A stretch of DNA of 64,000 bases from Amphiscolops sp. MND2022 (taxonomy: Eukaryota): assembly GCA_964187785.1 (NCBI GenBank), contig OZ076409.1, positions 5,024,001 through 5,088,000 of the forward strand. Direction: 5' to 3'. The position numbers and the translations under genes are program-made. This document shows, one piece after another, positions 36,292 to 48,500 of the stretch (the first letter of the stretch is position 1; each line of letters starts with the position of its first letter). The notes beneath the pieces are model-generated. The model had not been told where the DNA came from. It searched no databases and saw nothing but the letters and a program-made list of their open reading frames with translations.

Positions 36292-37668
36292 TTATCTATA
36301 AACACCATGTGTATTGATCACATCAACCCTTTGATTTTTCGAAGGCTTCACGAATTTATTCAATTTCTTCTGCTTCTTCTTCATAACAAACATGGGTCGA
36401 GGGCTCCCCAGTTTTTTGGGCCCGGGCAGCATTAGGAACAAATTCCCCCGGTAGTTGTTCGTATAACCAATCGCGCTTTTAAGAAGAACAAATAAAAAGA
36501 AAGCCGATCTCAAATCTGATTGAACGACGAAATGAGCAACTGTTAAACAAACGGCTACCGAGGCATTGTTCTAGCATTCCGATTACATCCATTTTCAATT
36601 CTGCTCACCACTGTTAGTAATGATTAGGCTTGCTAGGTCTTTCCGAGTCAATTGAGACATCTCCGAAAAGCTACAAATGTCGGCTGTTTTAGTTGACCAA
36701 CAAGCCGGGAACGGCCCAAGTCGGCGCCCCGCTTAAGGCTCAAAACAGTAAAGAATCACTTGTATAATGGTGTTCGCGCTACTAAAGGTTTTTATTTAAA
36801 AAAATGAAAACATGAAAAATCGAAGGGGAACTCTTTGGTGAAATAAAAAGACAAAAAGTCACACAGTGCCGAAAAACTCCAGAGGGGCCCTTTGCTACTG
36901 TCTAACCTTGGTCCTAGATAAATTTAAGACTTACCATGGCGATATGAAACCACTGACGAAGTTGAACAATTTGAAAAAAAAGTGGACACCTATGCGAGGC
37001 TGAAGACAACAAGCCGGGAACGGCCCAAGTCGGCGCCATATCTAAGGCTCAATCAATTTACAGTGCCTAAAAATACCTCGACGTATACGCATGACTCGAA
37101 AATCACCTCTTCCCTAACCGGAAACAGCAGAAAAACATCTTACACAACCGACAACCTTTCAAAAAACAAAAAAATGAGGAAAAAGTTCCTATTTTTTATT
37201 CAGAAAAAGGTATCCGGTACGTCGCATAGTGCCAAAAACCCTGATGACGGGACCCTTTGGGATTTTTTAACATCCATTCTGTTGCGAACTATCAAAACAA
37301 TTGACGGGGGACCCTTCGGAGACTTTGAAAAAATTTCGAAAAAATCTAACAAAGCCGAAATTACATCTGAACTTTGAAAACATTATATCCGAACTTTGGA
37401 AACGTTACATCCGAACTTTGAAAACGTTATATGCGAACTTTGAAAACGTTATAGCCGATCATACAGCCAAGTTTCTTCAAACAGCTCAGCTTATAAAGTT
37501 AATAAAATCTGTCATTTCGTCGGTCTTAAAAAAAGCCAGTGCTATAGTCTGCGTTTTTTACGAGAAGCGCCGACTAAAAACTAGTCACTGTAATAGTTTT
37601 TCTTTTCCAAAAAGCGACTAAATGCACCCACGATAAACCAGCAATCTCGAACTTTTCAATAGACACAT
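36292..37668 (-). CDS. Candidate 3-exon gene, 116-aa basic protein of unknown function
   Basis: Exons 37628-37668, 36609-36670 and 36292-36539 join through GT-AG introns in matching phases (2, then 1) into one ORF; no recognised domain. Confidence 0.4.
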
Positions 37669-37940
37669 TCAATAGGACTAGGGCGCCTCAGTTTAACGAT
37701 TTCATTTGGAACGTTAAGAATAATTCAAGTTTTCTGTAATTGTGGTAGTTACAATGTTTCCCGTACTTGTTATATATAAACCAACCCTTATTTGCCGAAT
37801 AATGTCATCAACTGATGACAATTTTTTGAGAGCAGAGTTCACAATAATTCCATACTTTCCACTCCCGCCCAATTCCAAGCGTTGATGTTGCGAAGAGATG
37901 GCATAGATCCAGATTTTGGAGTTTTTCAGTTGTTTTTGAA

Positions 37941-38417
37941 ATGACAGAAGAACTACCGGTTGAAGGAAAAAACGATTACCTGGACCGTGAGAAGTACAGG
38001 CTGGATGGTTACGTCATCGTGATCACGGGGGGCAGTGCGGGTGTGGGCAAGGAGGCGGCACGTGACCTGGCTCTGAGGGGCGCCAAGGTGGTGATGGGCA
38101 ACCGAGACCTGGAGAAGAGTGCCAACGTCATCGCTGCCCTGAGGAGCGAGGAGGGAGAAGACAAACTGCCAGAGGACCGCCTGCTCGCCAGACATCTGGA
38201 CCTCTGCGACCTCGCCAGTGTGCGCGCCTTCGCCGAGGAGGTCAAGAAGGACTTCCCCGTCATCGACATTCTCATCAACAACGCCGGCAAGATGGGCGGC
38301 CACAGAGAAGAGACAGATGACGGGTTCGAATCCCAGTTCCAGACCAACCATTTGGGCCATTTTTTGCTCACCCATCTGTTGATTGACAATATTCTGGCGT
38401 CTGAGAGAAAACCAAAG
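37941..38417 (+). CDS. SDR exon 1
   Basis: ATG to aag|gtctgc; Rossmann TGxxxGxG and NNAG motifs. Confidence 0.95.
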
Positions 38418-41400
38418 GTCTGCGCCGCCCCTGTTGAAAATATTTTGCCTGACTAAAATGATGCAACGAACAATCTCATTTAACTTGAAGATAGAACTAA
38501 ATATCACTAGGTTACTAGTACCACCCAAATTAAACGTTCACCTTGAAGATGTTTCAATCGCTTTTGATATTTCTTCATTGATATTCCCGGAACTACAAGC
38601 CATTTTTTGAGTTTTCAAGAAAAAATACCTTTCGGATAGCTTGAAAATGACATAGCTTCAAGCTAGAGTTTTGACACGGCTAATTATTATTACTATTAAG
38701 AATTTACGCATAAGCGAAGGGATTTCTCCAAAAATGACACAGTCTAGAGTACAGAGATGAGATTTCGAAGTCGACAAAAGTTACAAAGACAAATGAAAGT
38801 CCAGGTGCAGGTTGAATGGTCGTTAAATTTTTTTGGAATAAATCCACACGAGGTTCAGAATTCTTCCTTTTAGTCCTTCTTGTTTCCAGAAACAAACTTT
38901 GCTCCATATAAAATTCACACGATGGCAGGTACGATACCAGTAATTGGACCATTGCAGCTCGTATCTAATACTAGGTAAGATGAAGGGACCCTCGCGACTG
39001 CAAGGATTGATTTTTACGAAGTCGGACATCTGACAATCAAAATTTTCGATCAGGATACTAGATAAGGTAAGTAGATCTTCAAGGACTTGAAAGTAAGGAA
39101 TCGGGAGAACGTTCAAGTAGCATAAGGCATGTGAATAAGACTTTTGGGATACAATCCATCTCAACAATTTCTTTTTGAAGTTCTCTAACAATCTCAAGTC
39201 AGATTTTGACGGGTTCCAGCATTCGCTGGCATAAAGAACAATAGGAAAGATTGTTGAGTTGTTGAGATCCAGTTTGTTGAGTATTGACAGGGTTCTCGAA
39301 GTGTTTCTCCGGCAAAACTGATAAAAACCATGAGCTTTCTTGATTCTGTATTCGATATGGTTCTTCCATGACAACTTTGCGTTTGTGATGTAATAAGTCC
39401 GAGATCTTTAACATAGTCCGGGGACTTTATAGCTTCCTCTGAGATGGTGAGATTTTTGCGCAATTTCTAATGTTCAAGAAAAAAACATTTCTTTGCATCG
39501 AAGAAAATTTTATTGAAGAACACCAACTTTCTAATCTTTTTAGTCGGCGCATTTTCCTTTAAGGAAAAAAGCCCGACTATTACAGTGGCTAGTTTTTTTT
39601 CTTTTTTTTTTCGTCAGACCACAGAGCTCATCGCGTATGTACCACTTTTTACAGAAACTGATAAGTTCACTCAGGCCAAGTTCCACCAATGCAAACTTAC
39701 TGCAAAGGGTCCCCCCTTTCGTTTTTTACCTTTTTTACGTAACCTACAAAACCGGAAGACTCCAAAGGGTCCCCCCTTTCAATTTTTTTTCGGCACTGTG
39801 CGATTTTTTTTTCGAAAAATTTTAATTTTTCAAAAGAGTCCCCCCTTCGGATTTTTTGATATTTTGCAACAGAAAGTATGTTAATGAATCCCAAAGGGTC
39901 CCCCTTTTCATTTTTCGGCACTATGCGACGTTTTCGAAGTTTTTTTCAAAAAAAAAATTTTTCAAAAAAATTTTCAAAAAAATTTTAAAAATTTTTTTGT
40001 TTCCAGTCGAGAAAAGTGTTTTTCCAGTCATATCGAGCATGAAAGGCACACTTTGTGTGTCTCGAAAGTGTTTTCAAAGCTTTTCAAGAATACATCCTGG
40101 GCATATTTAGAAAACTGAGCTTTTTGAGCCTTAGATATAGCGCCGACTTTAGACGTTCCCGTCTTGTTTGGTCGTCCTTCAGCCTGCCAGTGATCACGTC
40201 TGGTTCATTGTGAAGAAGTTTCAAGCCTCGGAAAATATACGGAAATTCGAAATGAAATTCGATCATTCCAACTCTTACACTTGTAAAAACTCACACAGTA
40301 AGAGAAATTCTAGTCTTTTCTGGCAAAGTTGAATTGAAGCATTGAATTTTAAAACATTCTCGAATTCAAACGTTTAATACCCTGAAGAAAACTTTTTTTT
40401 AGCGAAATAGCTATTTTGAAATTAGCGCTTTAGCGTTTAGCGAAACAAATTAGCGATGTCAAAACTCTGCCTCAAGCTGACATCACGATATCCTGTTTCT
40501 GATTTTGAGGAATAAGGAAAATGTTTCATAAACTGATTTAAGGGCAGTGCTGGCTGTCAAAGGTCATCAACTTGTCATCGATAGCTCACCAAACTGGCTT
40601 CATTGACCTAGAAGACTTGCAAAGTGAGCAGTCTTACGCCAGTCTGGGCTTCCAGACTTACTGCAACACCAAGTTGATGAGTATCTTGTTCACCAAGAGC
40701 TTGGCAGCAAAGTATGGGAAGAGACTCAACACGTATGCCGTGCATCCGGGCTTCGTTAGAACACAGCTTGGCAGGTACGAAGAGACTGAGACTGGATTCT
40801 GCTGCACCGAAAAAAGACGTTTTTTTTAAAACAAAAAGGAGTGTAAAAATTCTGGAAATGTTCTGGAAAAATTCTGGAAACTAGAAGTGTTTTTCTGGAT
40901 TCAGCACTTTTTGAAACATAGAATCCAACATTCTGGATTCAGCAGAATTTTCTTTCAAAAAAAGAGGTCTAAAAGGTCTCGAAAAAGGCAGAAATGTTTT
41001 TTTCGGAAATGATCTCGATGTACAAGATAGATAGACTTCAAAAAATCTTCGAGATTAGTCCCTTCCATCCTAGAAATAGTTGAACATTGATCGTATTCTG
41101 GAATTTAATTAAAACGGTGAAGCCTATTTTTGTCAGCGTTTTCAACAAAGACTAAAATTGTCAGACTTATTACAATTGCTTTTTTTTGGTCGGCGCGTTT
41201 CTATTACAGTGGCTACTTTTTAAAAAAAAATTCGTCAGACCACAGAACTCACCCTGTTTTGTGCACTTTTACCAAAAGTACTTAGTACTTGATTTTGAAC
41301 GCATCCAAAGCCTCTTAAAAATCATTCCAAAGCAGGAGGGCCACCCTTTTCCCATTTTTGGGAACTATGAGACTTACCGGAGACTTCAAAAAAATTCGGA

Positions 41401-43707
41401 AAAATTTTTCCTCGTTTTTTAGTTTTTTGAGAGGTTTTGTGTCTCCAGCTGTCGGAAAAGTGGTTTTCGAGTCTTATGCGTATCCCTTGCGGTATAATTT
41501 GGCACTGTAGAATGGATGAATTTTTAACAAAAGTGTACTTATGCATATGTAAAAAACTTTACTTTTTTGAACCTTGAGCGGGACGCCGACTTGGGCCGTT
41601 CCCGGCTTGTTTTCGGCTTTGTGAGACTTTTTCGAAAAATTTTTAATGTCGCCAAAGGGGGTCCATAGATATTTGCCAAAGGGGGTCCATAGATATAACT
41701 GAATGGATATTGAAAAAGCCCAAAGAGTCCCCCCTTTCACATTTTTCGGCACCATGAGACTGTTCAAAATTCTCATTTTTCGTTTTGGATAATTTTTCAA
41801 TGTCTCCAGAAGGGGTCCCCCTTCAATTTTTTGAATTTTTTGCAACAAACTGGATTTTTGAAAAGCCCAAAGGGTCCCCCCTTTTACAATTTCAAAAACG
41901 TTGCGCTTTTTGAGCCTTAGATATAGGCCGGAGTTTGATTCCGATCAGGGTCCTAGTTTTCGGTTTTTTATGTTTTTGGTTAAAGTTTTTCATGAGCACC
42001 AAAAGTCAGTCCGTTGAATTTTTTGGCTTGGTGATTTGTGGGTTTTTTTTCTGATGTTTCCAGTTGAGAAAGTTGAGAGTTTTTGGGACTGGATAAGTGA
42101 GAAGTTTCAATAGCTGTCCCTTGAATATTTCAAACACTGCTCTTTTTAAACTTTGAGCGGGACGAAGACTTGGGCCGTTCCCGGCTGGTTATAAATGGCC
42201 CAAGGTTCACTAGCTTTTCACTATTTTAATTATTGTTCATATTTTTGTAGCTAATACGAGTGTATAATTGTTTTCGTCTGTGCTGTTTAAAAAAAAGTAC
42301 AGTGGCAATTTTTTAAGAGTCGGAAACAATTTTCGACTACTTATGCAATCGTATCGTTTTTTTTCTTGAAGTTTTTCTTGAGTTGTCTTCGAGTATTTCT
42401 AAAAGACTGCTCTTTTTGAGCCTCAAGCAGAGCCCTGATTTGAGCATCTCCCGGCCTGTTACCATCTAATGTAATGAGAAGGTTATGAATTTCTGGCCCT
42501 AATTGATTGCTTTTCTTTAACTATTTGAAGCCAATCACCGCCAGATCATAAAAGAATTTAGGAAAAGTCGTTTGAGAATTCCTGATGTGGTTTTTGGTCG
42601 GCTCGTTTTCCTTTTAAGGAAAAATGCCCGACTATAGCAGTGACCTTTTTTAGTCGGCGTTTTCGAAGAAAATCCCGACTCTTACAGTGGCTAGTTTTTT
42701 TTCGTCAGTTCAACGCGATCGGTCCACTTTTTTGTTTATTTGTTCAACATCATCAACTTGAACTACGGACGTCCAAAACATACTCGAAACGCCAGAAACT
42801 TGTCCAAAACAAAAACATCGACGTCCAGAACCTCGAAAACATAGGTTCCCACCCCTTGGTGTTTTTCACTCGAATTTTTTCGGCACTATGCGACTTCTTT
42901 TGAAGTTTTTTGGATTCCACCAAAGTGTCTCCCCTTGGTTTGTTTCGATCTTTTGCAACACAATGGATGTCCCAAAATCCCAAAGGATCCCTTTTATCCC
43001 CCCTTTTACATTTTTCGGCACTGTGACACTTCAAAAATCTCATTTTTAAATTTTTAAATCTCTTCTTTCACAAAGCCCAAAGAGTCCCCCTTTTACAATT
43101 TTGAGCCTTAGATATAGCGCCGACTTTGGCCGTTCCCGGCTTGTTTTTCTTCAGACTACAATCCTCACACTGATCGGTCCACTTTTTAGAAACATTCCTG
43201 AAACCACCTAAGGCCAAGTCTGGCCAAGGCAAACTTAGTCCAAAGGGTCCCCCTTCAATTTTTACTTTTTCAAGGAAACTTACAAAAAGGGTCCCCCTTT
43301 TACATTTTTCGGCACTATGCATTATTTTTCGAGAGAAAAAAGTTTCAAAAATTTCAAGTTTTTTTCCAAAAAAAATGTTTTGCGCTTTTTGAGCCTTAGA
43401 TATAGCGCCGACTGTAGACGTTCTCGTCTTGTTTGTTTCGGTTCTATCCAACAGAATCCTGTGACTTAGGTACAGTACCGTTGCTACTGTCGTTTATTTC
43501 GTGGGCGCCATGTTTGCAAAATCTGAAAGAAGCGGAGCTTTGACTACCATCTACTGTGCAGTGAGTAAAGAGGCCTCAAAGCAGTCTGGTCTCTATTACG
43601 CAGACTCTCAAGTTTGTGAACCCTCAAAGGCCGCTGAAAATATGGAAATGGCGCAAAAACTTTGGGAAGAAAGCTGCGAATTGCTGAACATCACCTGGGA
43701 AGTTTAG
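37941..43707 (+). CDS. Short-chain dehydrogenase/reductase, retinol dehydrogenase 11-14-like (308 aa)
   Basis: Exons 37941-38417, 40563-40774 and 43470-43707; TGGSAGVG, NNAG, TNHLGHFLLT, VINLSS, catalytic YCNTK, VHPGFVRT, SGLYY, AQKLWEES. Confidence 0.95.
38823..39460 (-). mobile_element. 5'-truncated LINE (CR1-like) ORF2 C-terminus in SDR intron 1
   Basis: VKDLGLI, SWKNHIE, PIVLYASECWNP, LLENFKKKLLRWI; frameshifted. Confidence 0.85.
40563..40774 (+). CDS. SDR exon 2
   Basis: aaag|gtc...ggcag|gtacga; YxxxK and HPG motifs. Confidence 0.92.
43470..43707 (+). CDS. SDR exon 3
   Basis: cttag|g in phase 2; YSTVATVVYFVGAMFAKSERSGALTTIYCA...ITWEV*. Confidence 0.88.
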
Positions 43708-44308
43708 ATTTGAAATTGTAATCGGAAATTTTGACTTTTCTCTTTATTTATTGGCCGTTAGTATGACTGCGTCATATCAGCAGAAGTTTGGAATTTTATT
43801 GGAATGTGAAGTTATTTTAATTGTAAAATAGAAAAAAATATTGGATGATTTTGTTAATTTTTGATGATTTATTGTTTGTTTTGATTTGATTAACTGGAAT
43901 TATAAAGTTTGATTTATTCATTGTTGATGAAATTGCGAAAGAAATTTAAAATAGAGCAAGATCACTGTTTTATTCATTCACAATTGGCTGTTTAGCCGAA
44001 GTTTTTAGTACGTCTGCAATCAACATCTAAGAAATGCAACCGTTCCATTTTTTCAAAGAAATGGATTTTTCTGAGCAGTTCTAGGACATTACGTCCAAAG
44101 CGGAGACATTACGCCCAATATCTTGAAACATTTGTTGTAGGACTCGGCCTTCGTCAAAACCAGCCGCTGTAGCAGTAGTGGCACGTCGCTTCGCTCCTGC
44201 ATTCAGGGCACTCTCTGTATGTGATTGTAGCTAATCACGATGACCTAATTTAAGAGACTTTAACTTAGGAGATTTTGGTGTACGAGATTTTAACTTACGA
44301 TATTTCGA

Positions 44309-44738
44309 CAGTGATGTACATTGATAGGAAAATTTAAAGGATCATTTAAAGGATCCTTTTAATTTTTATTCCTTTTTATGCCAATCCTTTAAAGGATTTT
44401 CCTTTAAAGGATTCCTTTTTACTACAAAAAATAGGTCACATGTCTTGTTTAAATCTTGTTCAAGTTTGAAGTAGAATAAATTTTGCAACAAGGCAATATA
44501 AAAGAGACCGCGGATTTCTGCCAGCAAAAATAGACGAATTAGACGAAAAATAGGTTAACTATGGACTCTGTCAAACTCAGACTACTATGCCTTTGTGATT
44601 AATCTTCCTTAACCGTGATTGTAAAATTCCTTTATATTTTACAATTTATATGATAAAAATTTAAAGGAATCCTTTAAAAAAACTGTTTTCCTTTTTATCA
44701 AAAAAAGTACTTTAAAAAAATAAAAATGAACATCACTA
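44309..44738. mobile_element. hAT-type MITE
   Basis: CAGTGATGTACATT...AATGAACATCACTA; perfect 8-bp TSD TATTTCGA. Confidence 0.85.
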
Positions 44739-44987
44739 TATTTCGACCTGATACCTGACACCTTCTATACGTGATAACACGAATTTTTTGAGCTTCAAAA
44801 GGCCGAAACAGTCTTTCCCATCTTGATTAGGTCCCCTAAATTCGGATTATAATTTCAGGTTGAAATGCTAGTAGTAGTTAGTTTAGAAGAGCTCTGTAAA
44901 TATATTTGTAAACCTTTGTATTATATTTTTGTACCACTCTTCATTACGAGTGAAAGCCAATGATGTCAGGATACCAGGACAAGATAG

Positions 44988-45365
44988 CAGGGTTGTAAAA
45001 ATATATTTAAGTATATATGGAAGAAAAATACTTTTAAGAATATGACTCCCTCAAAAAATAGGTATTTTAGTTGGAAAAAAATGTATTTATCCAATTTTAA
45101 CAACAACGTTATCAACATTTTTAATGTTCCACAAACGTTCATTAGCAAATAGGAAGACTTTTTGTTCGAAATGCATTGGCAACACTATTTTTCTTTAATC
45201 TTCAAGTGTCAGTGTAAACATTGCAATGCTAGCTATGCAAAACATTTCTTCCAAAGAATTTTTCAACATTAAAAATAATGTATTTTATTTGCTTGAGTCG
45301 AAAAATGAATATATTTATTTAAAAATATAAATATATTTGAATATAAATATATTTTTACAAGCCTG
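44988..45365. mobile_element. hAT-type MITE just upstream of the ATAT1 start codon
   Basis: CAGGGTTGTAAAAATATATTT...ATATTTTTACAAGCCTG; perfect 8-bp TSD CAAGATAG. Confidence 0.88.
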
Positions 45366-45432
45366 CAAGATAGATAGCTAGCAGCGTTTTGTGGACTTGG
45401 AGTTGAAACATCGACGACTGTTATAATTAGCG

Positions 45433-45524
45433 ATGGAATTCAATTTCGACGTCAGACAATTTCTTCCGGACAGAGTGAACAAGATTCAGTTCAACTGCAA
45501 GTTTTATTCTCAGTCCAATAGCAG
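45433..45524 (+). CDS. ATAT1: ATAT1 exon 1
   Basis: [18 protein letters not shown]..., ag|gtacgt. Confidence 0.9.
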
Positions 45525-48500
45525 GTACGTGCAATTGCAAATGCTATTGACCCAACTTTCCAAAACATCTCTTTAGTCGGTATTTCTTGTTACAAAAAGT
45601 GAGCAAATATTACAATTTGTTTTTCAATATCACAATGTCTCTGAATGATCGGTCCACTTTTTTAGTCGGCACTTCATGAAGTGAAACGCGACTATTATAG
45701 TGACTCTTTTTTTAGTCGGCGCTTCATGAAGTGGGGTTAGGGACAATTTGCCGAAAGACAATTTGCCGAAACCCAATTTGCCGAACGTGAAGGACAATTT
45801 GCCGAACTTTTTTCGGCAAATTGTCCCTTTGAATTTGCCGAATTTTGTAGGGACAATTTGCCGAATACCTAGCGTTTTCAAATAACAATGTTTTTGGCCG
45901 TCGGATATGCCCCAATTTCGTCTAGTGCCCCGCGGCCCCTTGGGGCCGCTTATGTTCCCATCTTGCTAAGCGAGGTTGAACAGGAGCAAAGACCTAGCGG
46001 GAACGGAGATCGCGAAGCGATCTCAGTGGGAGCTGGTCTTTGTGACGGTGAGGGCGAGCGTGCATACACCGTATATGACCCCATATTAGGTGAGGAGAAG
46101 TACCTAATCTATTTTAAACGCTTCGCAGGAGCAAAAAACGGATACGGGACAATTTGCCGGAACCCAATTTGCCGAACGTGACGGACAATTTGCCGAAAAT
46201 TATTCGGCAAATTGTCCCTGAGTCAATTTTCGGCAAATTGTCTTTCGGCAAATTGTCCCGTATCCCATGAAGTGAAACGCGACTATTATAGTGGCTTTTT
46301 TTCAATCCACACGAACTGACCAAAATAGTTCTTAAAAGTTCTACAAAATATTATTGCACTAGTTTGCACTATTTGGTCTAGCGAGCTGAACCAAAAAGGT
46401 TTTTCCTGTTTTCCCGCGTAACGTACCATACCGGGCGAGACCAAAGGGTCCCGCCTTTCAATTTTTTTCGGCACTGCGAGACTTTCGGAAAATTTTTCCC
46501 CCAAAGGGTCCCCCTTCGATTTTTTTGCTGCGCGTAAGAATGGATGTTGGAAAATCCCAAAGGGTCCCCCCTTTCAGTTTTTTTCGGCATTGTGAGATTT
46601 TTTTCCGATAATAAGAATTTCCCCCTTCATTTTTTTGATGTTTTGCGACAATGGGTGTTGAAAAACCCCAAAGGGTCCCCCTTCCAGTTTTTCGGCATTG
46701 TGAGACTTTTTTTCTAATTTTTTTCTCCAAAGGCCCCCCTTCAATTTCTTTGATGTTTCACAACAGATTGGGTGTTTAAAAATCCCAAAGGGTCCCCCCT
46801 TCCAGTTTTTCGGCATTGTGAGACTTTTTTTCGAAAATTTGTTTTTTCTCCAAAGGGTCCCTTCAACTGCGTCAAAAGTGTTGACAATTTCGCAAGTGTC
46901 CCCCTTTTAGCGCGCCACTCGGTCCATTTTTTTGCTTTTCCGATTTTCGAGTACTGTAAATTGACACTTGGAAGTCCTGTTGCTATTTTTGAGCCTTGGA
47001 TATGGCGCCGACTTGGGCCGGTCCCGGCTTGTTATATTATTTCTGCGGTAGCAGGAATATTATTGAAATCTCAAAAATTCAACTTTTTTCAGTACAATTT
47101 TTTGTCGTGAAACTTTAAAATTCAGATATTTTGTTCGGCAGTGAGTATAAGCGTGAGATTCAAATTTCGTTTCTCGTGCGATGGAGCGAGCGAGTGTTGA
47201 TTATGCTTTCGTACGCCGAGTTATTGAGATGAAGTGTTAATTATTTGTTCGTTGAAAGCTTCGCCTGCTTTCAAATGCGAATGCGAAACTTCGTCTACGC
47301 TTAGTAGTTATACATATTTTCTTTAGTCCGAGAAGAATTAAAGACGGTGTAAACTTGTACAGTGATTGTGCACCAAATAATGATTAAACAGGAGTGTATT
47401 GGTATTCCTATTGGTATGGCCTATTTTTGAAGCTGAAAACCTAAAAAGCAGAAAGAATACTGTGCCCAGTGAGCCTTTTTGTTCACATTGTAACTTGAAT
47501 GGTAAATTGCATGAGGCTGAAAAAATTCGTTTTCAAAGAACTTTTTTTATGGAGTAATGCATTCCCGATGAGGAATCAACCGCTTCAGGTATTGACTCAT
47601 GTAAATCAGTCAATTTGATCGAAATCATGTAAAAAAATGTTTAGTTCCTGCAGACAGACAACTGCAACGAAGTTAAATTCAAATTTAGTAATTCCAAATA
47701 GAACAAGCGGGGAACGGCCCAAGTCGGCGCTATATCTAAGGCTCAAAAATAGCAAAAGGACTTCAATATGTCAAAGTATTGGTGAGTTGGGGACCCTTTT
47801 ATGAAATTTTTTTTGGAAAAAAAGTCTCACAATGCCGAAAAAACTGAAAGGGGGACCCTTTGGGATTTTCCAACATCCATTCTGTCGCAAAACAGCAAAA
47901 AAAATTGAAGGGGGGAACCTTTGGGGAAAAATTTTTTTTGGAAAAAAAGTCTCACAATGCCGAAAAAAACTGAAAGGGGGGACTCTTTGGTCTCCCCCGG
48001 TATGATATGTTACGCGGGAAAACAGGAAAAACCTTTTTGGTTCAGTTCGCTAGGCCAAATGGTGCAATTTGGTGCAATAATATTTTGTAGAACTTTTGTA
48101 GAACTATTTTGGTCAGTTCAGGTGGTCTTTCAAAAAACACTGACGAAAAGCCATGACTATAGTCGACTCTTTTCTAAAGAAAAGCGCCGACTAAAAAGTA
48201 TAAAAATGATAATTCGAAAAAATTTGAAATGTAGTGGGAAACAAAAGAACATACGTAATCGATGACGATGACGTATAATTAATAGCGGTGATGTACATGT
48301 AGGTTTAGCTGATGACGTATACGTATACATACAATCTTGATATTTTCCGTACATTACAGATATTTTCTTGTAGAATTTCTTACAATTTCCGGACATTGTC
48401 TATCAAAATCCGTCCAAGAATCATGCAAGAAATGTCTGGACCTGCAAAAATCTAGCAAGGACTTTCTGAATCTGCAAAAAATGTCTGATCTGCCAGAATC

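Noticed and set aside
37953..38528. 191-aa and 126-aa - strand ORFs
   Set aside because: Antisense to GC3-rich SDR exon 1.
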